Source of the DNA: Hormiphora californensis
Taxonomy: Eukaryota > Animalia > Ctenophora
Direction: 5' to 3'
Length of the DNA: 64,000 nucleotides
NCBI GenBank assembly: GCA_020137815.1
Contig: CM035360.1
Coordinates: forward strand, 3,472,001-3,536,000
A program made the translations under genes and the position numbers. Under the pieces are notes generated by a model. That model was not told the origin of the DNA. It ran no database searches and was given only the letters and a program-made list of their open reading frames with translations. Shown here piece after piece: positions 53,512 to 64,000 of this stretch (positions are counted from its first letter, which is position 1; the number at the start of each line of letters is the position of its first letter).

Positions 53512-56177
53512 TTCTCCCTGTCTCACTCACTCTCTCTCTCTCTCTCCCTTTCCATTTTCCGCCATGGATCTCTCCCTCACTCTCTCTCCCTCACTCTCAC
53601 CCACTTTCTCTCTCCAACTCCCTCCCTCCAGTGAGTGTGATACGGTAACGTGTTCGTTGTCACGTGTTACCCCACGTGACACATCACGCGGTACCCTCTC
53701 CTCCTCCCTGATTGGTTGATATGAGGTCACGTGACAAATCACGTGATACAGGGTGACTCTGACCGCGCACTCACTTTTACCAAATGTAGCATAAGCGTTT
53801 GTGCGATTCTCTCTCCCTCTTACTTGCCTGTGCCTCTCTCTCTTTTTCGCTCGCTTTCTCTCTCTCACTCTCTCTCCATCTTTCGCTCTCCATCTATCTC
53901 TCTTCCCGGGGAGAGTCTCCCTCAAGCGAATAGAAGGGGATGAGGAGTCGGTAGGAGAGAGATTTTCTTTGTACCACTTTATTGACACACATTATATGTT
54001 CGTTATACCTCCAATAAGCTTTTTTGCAAAGCCTCCGCCCTTGTTGTAATTGCAGTTGTTTTTGGGTGTGCATGTGTACCGGCGGGGACCACGCCTTATC
54101 ACCATCCTTGTGTACAAAGTCGCGGATGTTAGTCTTTCCCGCGCCGCGCAATGTATTTTGTGTGTACAATTGTGTATTTGAACTGGGTTCCCCGGACTTT
54201 GCAAAAAGTGTGTATGCAGTATGTACCGTGTATTTGTGATTCTCGCCAGACATTCCGAAATGATTTTAATCTTCATTGTTATGGTTTGTTTTCACGAGAT
54301 ATTCTTGATTGTTTTCATGCTGCATCTTTGTTTTGTGAGAACCTGCTGCTGTGTTTGAGAAAATATGGTCTGGAGGGGGTGGATAGAGAAAGCCGGAGGG
54401 AGAGAGAAGGAGGGGAGAGAGAGGGAGAAATCGACCTTGCGATTGTACTTCCTATTTACACGCCACCCGGCCTAGAGAAAGAGAGTGAGAGAGAAAGAGA
54501 GTAAGAGAGAGAGAGAGAGTGAGAGAAAGAGAGTGAGAGAGCTCCTCCAAATTTGTATTTTCCTTATCTTCTCTTGTTGTAGCTGTCGTCCACCTCTCTC
54601 CCTCATCACTTTTACCTCTATAATCATTTGCTGGCCGGCTTTGTGGCTTCTATTTTGACATCTGTTAGGCAGCCCATTTCTTTTTGGACTCGGGCCGGGG
54701 GCTGTTCTAACCCTCCTTTACATTTGTGTAAAAGGAGGGCGGAGCTCCAGAAAAGGGGGTCAAGCTAGGCAAGGTCAAGCTAGGCAAGTCGGGGGAGGGA
54801 CTGTTCAAATAAATAAAAATATTTTCCATAGTTAGTAGTAGTGATACCGATTTATTGTCTTATTTAGACCCTCCCGGCCGCAGGTTTATGAGTCAGTCAC
54901 ATAGAAAAGGGTACAGTGATATCACTTGATATTATTTATATATTTCTCCAGAATTCTGTTACCTTTTATTTGTTGCAGTTTTATAACATTATCGACCTGG
55001 ATATGCTATTCTCCCCTACCGTTCACGTTGGCCATTCCATTTCTCCTCTCGGTTTCCTGTTGTTGACTAAGGGGTTACTAAACAAGTCTCGTGGGTCTTT
55101 CCATTCTCTCCCCAACCCCCGGTCTTGTTGGCTCTAAACGGGCCCCTCTAAACACCCCAATTCCAATACTATCATCCTCCTTTAGTAGTTGTCGGTCGTT
55201 TAAAAGTGTTCACTGGACTCTATCATTGATAAACTTACTCCACTCCACACTGAGCTCTCGGAGATTCAAGATAAATTTATTCCTGCCGCGATCAAAACTA
55301 TCATTGCAAGCTCTTCAATATTATTCTCTTCAACCCCATCCTCTCAAATCCAACTTTGCATGTATGTATCTGGTATAATATTATAATAATAGTAGTGGGT
55401 ATCTGAGCTGTTATATCTTGAATTTTGGATCTTAGTACATACATCGTGTTATATGCGTCAGAGTGCAGGACGTCTACTCACATACACACACATATGTGAG
55501 TAGAAAGCCAAGACTGCAAGATATACATGTAAAGTTAATTTACTAAGCTGTAGTGTTGTGCTGCAGGGTGTGGTCCATGCTGCTGGGTTATATAGCTGTA
55601 CTGAGAGAGCTCACAAAGAGAGAGAAGTGTTGTCTGGGTGTTGCATGAAGCTTTAGTAAAGTGAGTGTCTAGACAATAACTTCTAGATATTATTTTCTAG
55701 ACAAACGTCTAGAAGTAGACACAGAATGTGTCCGATCCTAATCTTCACACTTTTGTGATTCGTGATTTAATGTCGGGCGTGATTTCGATGAGTCGATGTG
55801 CGAAATGATTTGCTAACTTTTCAATTCCAACTTCTTCTAGTGCCTTCGCTTGTTCGCAATTTGAGGCTCAAGTTATGATGATCTACATTTTCCTTAACTC
55901 TGTTATATCTTTGAGTAGCATGAATCTTTATATGAAAACGAATGTTGCAATCTAATATCTTTGATCTAAAACCCACCTTTGCAACACCCTAGAAACACCT
56001 TGGACCCCCACCCTTAACAAAACACCCTTTTTATAGCAGATACAAAGTCAGATCTATCATTATAAATCTCGGAAACTTCCAGCAACTAATATTGAAACGA
56101 GATACAACCAACCAACTGCAACACATATCTTCTTCTACCGCTGACTACAATTCCTCAGCAACTGTTACCACATTCAT

Positions 56178-56578
56178 ATGTACGGGGATATCTTGACAGC
56201 GTTTGAACCTGATTCGTTACGGTAAGTGCAGTTAAGTAGTAGTAATCGTTATTTTATAGTCTTCATCTAGATTTTCACACTTTAATATCATCATACTATT
56301 ACTTAAACTTTTCACACTGTTCGAACTACTCATTATGACCACAACATTTCCATATTGTGACGACTGTTCATGATAACCCTCTCGGTGTTTTTTAGTAAGG
56401 GGTGTGGGAATTCAACAACTCAGTGTTCTGTAGTAGAGATGGGTGTGACAGAGAGAACCCATACTTGGGTTAACATTACACTCGGTATACTACAGTGGGG
56501 TCACGCCTAATATATTGGAGAGGGGTACAGAAATAGTTAGGCTTAGGTTAGGCTTGTAAGAGCGACAGAGAGAGCGAC

Positions 56579-56637
<59 letters not shown>

Positions 56638-56895
56638 GAGTAAAATAATGAAGATATGATAGTATTTGGTGTGATGAGTATCAGTAAGTGAAAGTGACAT
56701 GGCGTTGTGCAACATTTGCAGTTATTGCACATCTCTCTTGCCCCTTTGCTAAAAAGTGGTTGATATTTGATGATCAGAGAGAGAGAGTGGGGTGTTCGAG
56801 GGAAGGGAGAGTTTTTCTTGTCATCCTTCAATTTCGCAATATCACTGCTGGACAGATCCATTTGCATAAATCATAGTGCACGTAACAGCAGCTGC

Positions 56896-56967
<72 letters not shown>

Positions 56968-57593
56968 CAGGGAAGGGGTATTGCGCAATGTGCAAATCAT
57001 CAGATTCCTCTCTTATCTAGTGGAGATTTGTTGAGTAAGTCGAGATGGGTGTGTTTTGTTGGCGGAGACGCTCACATTCCAAATCCCAAAACCCTAATCT
57101 GAAGCGTAGGGTCGAAACTCGAATCTAAGCTTAATATTAAGAGTCGAACCTTGCAGATTCATCAGAATGAAGATCCTGAAAGGGCAGTACATTTTACAAA
57201 TGTATTTGCTTCACATCCATTTATGCTTGCCTCTCGTTCCCTCTCCTTCTAGCTCTATTTCCCAATCTCTCCCTCTCTTTCTAGCTCTATTTCCCAATCT
57301 CTCACTCTTCCTACTTTCCTACTCAATCCTCAATTTCTCGCAGTAGGGCGTGTCGAGTGAGTGGGCAGGAGAAATGAGAGTGATTGGGAATTCGCGGAAA
57401 AAAGGGAGGTGGTTATAAGAGAGGCCTCAGAGTAATTGGATTGTCTGCTGTGTATGGTGTCAAAGGGAGGTACGGGATGGTGATTTGAACCCAATTTGTC
57501 GAATTAATTGGGCAATTAGGTATTCTCAGAATCAAACACGCACATTGTCGCTATGGGGGTCCACGCCCTTGTGTCATTTGAATACCTCCTCTC

Positions 57594-57631
<38 letters not shown>

Positions 57632-58747
57632 CCTCCCTCTTCTTTCGATTATTTAACCAATCAGCACTGTCATTTTGGGGAGAGGAGGGTATGTTGCAAC
57701 AACCAGAGAATCATACAAAATACATCACGGGTTTTTGAGCTGTCGATATATTGCCGCGGTGCGTGCGGTGGGATAGAATGTCAAAGATAGTTAACTTTTC
57801 CCATGTCAATAACCTTCATGTCATCTCCCCGGCTCAAGTTTGTCCTAGCAAGAAATGCAATGACAGTTATCGGATTCAATGATTATTCCTAATTTGGGCG
57901 AGTTCTTACAGCTCACATATAATGGGTAACTTTGTTCTGATTCACGGCACCAGACCCTTTTTTCATCCTCAAGGGTGCTCAAATCAGGCACCACTAGACA
58001 GAATTTTGTTTCAGTAAAATGCTAAGTGGAGGTAGAAAGGTGGTACGGACCAGTGACCGGTGGGCGGCGACTATTAAAAGCCGGTCATGGATGATAGAAT
58101 GCTGGCGTTCCTTTCATAGCCACCTTTATCCAGAATAAAAAATTCAAAATGTTGTTCGGGATGTTTTATGAAGGAGCACTCCCTGGAGAGCCGCAGGTTG
58201 CTGGGGAAATCCAATTTGTCCCCCTATCTAATTCACGCCCTGTGACCCGGCTTACACACACATTCGGACCATTCACATGCTGCTCCGATGGCGAGAGAAT
58301 GATTGGGAGATGGGAGATGGAGGGAAGAGAGAAAGAGAGAGAGGGCTGAGGGAAGAGAGAGATGGAGGGAAGAGAGAAAGAGAGATACAATGACAAAAGG
58401 AAGAGAGAGATAGAAGAGTTCCTATAAAAATGAATCTGGAGGGAATACAAAAATGAGGTTGTGAAACGCGATACTTCAGTACGGTGCGGCAAAAGTTATT
58501 TTAGTTCACAGTTTGAGAAATGCTAAGTATGCACCGTGAGAGTATTTTTTCGTGCTTTCTGTGTCAGTCACATTTACATTTCTCAAAAAACATGATGTTT
58601 GACCGCTTGTGTTGTAACATAGCGATGAGTGAGGGGCGTTGCTCCGTAAGAAAGTGAGTAATTTTAGAGATGTAATGATGTTTGAGTTAGCATTAGTGTT
58701 ATTGGGTTAAATACGAGTTTCTGTGTTTTTCTCTCTCTTTTTCTCTC

Positions 58748-58782
<35 letters not shown>

Positions 58783-58783
58783 G

Positions 58784-58862
<79 letters not shown>

Positions 58863-60340
58863 CCTCTCTCCCTCTCTCTTTGATGAACAAACCTTACCCA
58901 CTTGACAAGGCGAAGAAGAGTTTGACATCTCGTTCTGAAGAGACATAGGGTGTGTTTGTCTAATTGTGTCTCTCTATCTCTCCATCTCTCACTCTCCATC
59001 TACCTCCATCTACCTCTCTCTCTATCATTATATCTCCCTATCTTTCTATCTCGAGACCTACATATCTCTTTCTAAAGTTTCTCTCTCTTCCACACCCAGT
59101 CACTTTCAGGGTCACGTGCCAGTGATGGGTTAATTTGATTGGCTGATGGGCTTTTCTCTCTATATATCTCTCTGTTTCTCTCTCTATATCTCTCTATTTC
59201 TCTCTCTCGGGTGGGGTTAATTACAACCTGCTCCCTGCAGAACACAGTGCAGAAAACATCAGCTCCAGGGAGAGAGTGAGAGAGAGAGAGAGTTTGTGTG
59301 AGAGAGAGAGAAATATTAAGAAAGAGAGAGAGAATGTTCTGGTGCTGCAGGGCGCGGCTACAGTAATGGGGTAGAAGATAGCTACTGGGATGTGTTTCAC
59401 AGTGTCTCGAGCTAACACCTTGGTCCAACACAAATATACACACACTAAGTAGGACACCGCCCTAATATAACCGGCACAGATGAAGCCATCCTAGTTACCA
59501 CCTTAGTTACCACCTTAGTTACCACCTTAGTTACCACCCTAGTTACCACTTTAGCTGCCATCGTAGTAATAACACCATATCATGCAATGATAGAATATTG
59601 CACCCAATTAACCAGTTACACCCACAACCGGTGTTTTTCAGTATAATTCTAAACCCAATTAACACACTATCACAACGGCCAATTAACCCAGTGATATTAT
59701 TTTCAGTATCGATGAGCTGGCGGACATAATAGAGTGTGAAAGGGGCACTCTTCTAATTGACACACGACCTTTCCTTGCCTTCAGACAGGCCCATATATTG
59801 GGTGAGTTCGGTGTGTTTTCACCTAGTTATTCACATAGTTTCACCTAGTTACGGGTTACCTGTTGGTTTAATGGCTGGTGGTTACGGTGGCCAGGGAGGG
59901 GGGTATGTTTACACCAGCAGCTATGTGTGGTGATTGTTATACCATTTTTAACCCCCACTTCATTTGACAGGTTCAATAAATTTGTACGTACCGCCATTGT
60001 TGTTACGGCGGTTACGGAAGAACGGTTGCAGCAGTATTGAGAAGATTACGAACTGCCAGGATATCAAGAATCGACTTAGTAAAAGGTATGTGTTTCTTTT
60101 TGTCGTCATTTTATTTGTGTGATTATTATTTAGCTAGATCTCGTCGGTTCTGAACGTATGGCAAGATGTTAGCTTGTGGGCGATTGCTTTCTGTTATGGT
60201 TGCATGTACACGCGATCCTAGCCTTGGGGGGGGGGACGCGGGAGGATGGGACGTAAGATGCATGTAAATGTATGGATCTTGGCTTCAGCCCAGCTCACTT
60301 GTTTTCTAATATCTTACCCACCCACCCTCTCTCTCTCCCC

Positions 60341-60381
<41 letters not shown>

Positions 60382-63300
60382 CTCTCTTTTTCTCTCTGTC
60401 TCTCTCCCTCTCCCTATTTCTCCCTCATGGTAGTACACACCCTTTTTCACCCTTTGCATTACCTCACCACCATTACTCACTATGTGTGTTCTAAAGTAGA
60501 GAATGCGCTTCCATAGATAAGAACTGTATATATAGACGAATATTTCTGAGTACCTAAGGTATGCCTTCTTTTTCTCTCTTTTGCCAAAGCAACAAAGTCA
60601 CCGATCGTGATAGTGGGTGGTATTGAAAACCGAATTGAAAAATGAAAACCATTTAAAAATTTAGATATTGAAGTTGAATATTGTCTACCCTACCAGCCTC
60701 CTAACCCTCTTATTATCTCCCTAACCCTCTAATTATCTCCCTATAGACACGATGTCCCAGTGGTGGTATACACTGACTCAGCCAGTAACAGATCATGTCC
60801 CCTGAACCTTAGAACGGTAGTGGATGCACTCATGGGAGACTGCCATAAACTATACGTGCTGGAAGGTATTGGACAATAGTCAAAACCTGTCACAGCCTGT
60901 CTGGTGACCCCATTTTGATTCTGACAGTGCGCTCAGATCAGGTCGGCACCACCAGACAGGTCGCGAATGAATATTAACTGTCACATATTAAAATTAACTG
61001 TCACGTATGAAAATGAACAAATGTCAGCATTGGTTTTCAGACAGAGTTATGCTAAGAGCTCCCCAAGTCTGAAAAAACTAATTTCTAAACCCGTTTCAGA
61101 CCCTTTTGACGATTTCTCGACGTTCTACCCCCACCTGGTAACGGTGGAAACAGTTAAACACTGTGTCAGCTCACTTCCAGGCTCCCTTGATTCAGATAAA
61201 CTCTCCGCCAGATCCCGATCACCCCGCTCAGCTTCATTAATTGGTGAGAGACACAATCTGACATAAAGAATTTGTACGTCAGAAGGGGGTACTTGTGTGA
61301 CGTCACAAGTGACAAGACCTGATTCTTGGAACGAGTGACGTCATAAACTGGTGTCGTGTGAACCTGACAATATTATATATTCGCATTTACTATGACTATC
61401 AATCATTGGGAAGGTGTATTTGATTGGGACATATATATAGGCTTGTATGTAGAACATAGAAGTAGCCTACTTGTAGTAGCAATTATGCCATGTATTATTT
61501 TCTCAAATTTTACTGACATAACGTTTTTTTTAGGTTCCAACAGACCATCGGAGATCATGCCTTTACTCTTCCTGGGGAATGAACGTGATAGCTCGGACCT
61601 TCACTTGCTGAGGAAACTGGGAGTCAGTAAGGTAGGAATATGTAAAGGGGTGGTTTGAGATATATATCAGATCTGCTCATCAACCCACTAATACTATGTA
61701 TTATAGTAGGGACGAATCTCTTATAAAAAGAAGTGGCTGACTCACTATTTGGTGGAAAGCAAATTCCGGTTGTAACCCACCTATTTTGACCCGCTGAACA
61801 CGATCCCGTTCATAGGTAAGGTCGCAAAAGTGAAGAACATGCCCAAATTGGCCACGCCCTTTTACCTGTATTTTCAGCCTGTAGCCAAAAACATAAATCC
61901 TCTTAGAATAGGAGTAGAGACAAATCTGAGGGCACTAAAGTGATCAGCGCCCTCGCATTAGTGGGGGTAGGTGCTGGAATTAAGTCTCTATCTCATCTGG
62001 TTAATTAGATAATTGGATAATTAGGTTTGCGCATAACCGTTTTTTGGCTATATGGCTATAGCCACTTAGGAATGGAATAGAGACTTTTCACTGGCGCCAT
62101 TTTGTAGGCAGTAGCCAAGTTATGGGGGGTCGACGTCGGACTTTTAAGCTCTATCTCCAACCGTTTAGCCGTTATTTGGCTTAAACGATGCTCAAAATCG
62201 GGCTTTTTACCGTTTTTCGCTCATTTTGAGCATCGATTAAGCCAAATAACGGCTAAACGGTTGGAGATAGAGCTTAAAAGTCCGATGTAGACCCCCCATA
62301 ACTTAGCTATTGCCTACAAAATGGCGCCAATGAAAAGTCTCTAAACCATTCCTAAGTGGCTATAGCCATATAGCCAAAAAACGGTTATGCGCAAACCTAA
62401 TTATCCAATTATCTAATTAACCAGATGAGATAGAGACTTAATTCCAGCACCTACCCCCACTAATGCGAGGGCGCTGATCACTTTAGTGCCCTCAGATTTG
62501 TCTCTACTCCTATTCTAAGAGGATTTATGTTTTTGGCTACAGGCTGAAAATACAGGTAAAAGGGCGTGGCCGATTTGGGCATGTTCTTCACTTTTGCGAC
62601 CTTACCTATGAACGGGATCGTGTTCAGCGGGTCAAAATAGGTGGGTTACAACCGGAATTTGCTTTCCACCAAATAGTGAGTCAAAAAATTAAGATTCGTC
62701 CCTACTATTACTAAGGATGAGGTCATGCTAATAAATAATTCAAGATTTGTCACTGATGAATCACTATTCTTGATTCTCTGCGGGTGGCCACTTCAATTTA
62801 ACTTCTCGTTTTAGAACTTTACCAAATTTGGTTCTTTACAACGCACTAACGATGTCATTGGATGCATTGATAACTACATAATGGCTGGACATGGTTATCA
62901 TGAGAGATAGAGAGAAAGATGGAGAGAGTGTGTGTGAGGGTGATAAAAGTTACGTAGTTGAATCCGTTCAACATTTTTGTTCTAAAACGTTGGCCACCCG
63001 CTATGAATCAGGAATAGTGATTCTCGGGTGACAAATCTTAAATTATATCATCATGATCTCATTCTTAGTGGTTAGAATTGTAGAGGGTGATCATCACGCG
63101 TACTATAACACTAGCACACATAACAATGTACATATGTGAGTGTTTGGTAACAAAGTTACCCCTCCCTTGCCAGCGCAAGGGGTTGTTTCGTAACCAATGT
63201 GAGTACAAGAGCGAACTTTGGATAAGATCTCTCTCCCGAGACTGTTAATCGACTAATATTTTCACCCCCTCAGGTGTTAAACGTGTCACGAAACTGTGTA

Positions 63301-63400
63301 AACCATTTCCCGGATTACTTTGAATACATGAACCTCCCAGTTGAGGACAGGGTATATGCTGATATATCACAACATTTCAACAAGGCACTACACTTCATAG
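56178..63400 (+). CDS. Dual-specificity MAP kinase phosphatase (rhodanese/CH2 + DSP), 3'-incomplete in window
   Basis: Exons 56178-56221 (tentative), 59707-59801, 59971-60085, 60747-60865, 61100-61243, 61534-61631, 63274-63400. [24 protein letters not shown]-like [34 protein letters not shown]. The catalytic HCxxGxxR exon is not in the window. Confidence 0.9.
59492..59550. repeat. 12-bp minisatellite (TAGTTACCACCT)x~5
   Basis: Direct inspection. Confidence 0.85.
61704..62707. mobile_element. ~1-kb palindromic MITE with GTAGG termini, TA TSD, in a DUSP intron
   Basis: TAGTAGGGACGAATCT / AGATTCGTCCCTACTA; near-perfect arms from 61738 to 62683, centre ~62210. Confidence 0.9.
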
Positions 63401-64000
63401 GTAAGAAATAGGAGGGGGAGTTTTGAGGAGGATTGGGTAGTATTGAGACTTTAAAACGGAGTCCCCAGACTGGGGTAATTATGATAGTGGGCAGGTGAGT
63501 AGAACTAGATACTGATAGTGGTGTTCCAACAGTTGGGAACTGAGTTCCAACAGTTGCACTGGGAACTGTGTCTCTAGCTTTCTTGTCTGTCTGGGGGGAG
63601 GAAGAAGAAACATGTCAGGGGGGTGTCGTAAAAAATTCGACGGGGGTGGGGAAGGAGACGATCGAAAGAGAGGGGACGGGGAGAGAGACCATCGAGAGAG
63701 ATGGGGCGGAAGGGGTGGGAAGAGAGAAGACATAGTGAGGTACTTTGCTTTCCAAACTGTCATATTAAAATGATGGAATGATAATGATTGATGAAGAGGG
63801 AGATACTCACATCAAAACTGCGTCGTCTGTAAAGCCCGATTAAAGGTTGACAAGATACCTAAAACTTTTCGTATATCGTCTTATTTTGATTTATCATTAA
63901 TTTTCAGCATTTTTTCAGAATTTTTTGTCGGCTAGAAAAAATTCGAAATAGGGGGTCTACCGATATTGTCAGCACTGGTTTTACTGGGCACACTCACTGC

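Overview
Intron-rich animal DNA, most likely a cydippid ctenophore (Pleurobrachia/Hormiphora-like). The assignment rests on a 42-43 nt sequence matching the ctenophore spliced leader (SL) as I recall it. Host genes reconstructed by hand: PYCR (+), MCTS1 and PMPCA (-, only ~180 bp apart, operon-like), a TTC39C-like gene (-, ~20 kb), a 72-aa secreted neuropeptide-like precursor nested antisense in a TTC39C intron, a TMEM198/DUF4203-like membrane protein (+) and a MAP-kinase phosphatase DUSP (+, runs off the window). There are many palindromic MITEs and (GA)n microsatellites. Main finding: two unrelated, apparently intact LINEs (L2-like at <1-3733, CR1-like at 23215-27709) both begin exactly with the SL exon. 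For the CR1-like copy, the interrupted host palindrome shows that the SL arrived with the element, so trans-spliced LINE RNA was reverse-transcribed and integrated. This suggests retroelements whose 5' end is defined, and possibly renewed, by SL trans-splicing. Both LINEs also lack a usable ORF2 AUG and carry canonical -1 frameshift heptamers in the ORF1/ORF2 overlap (A AAA AAC; U UUU UUA followed by a predicted pseudoknot). All alignments and translations were done by eye; no database searches were run.
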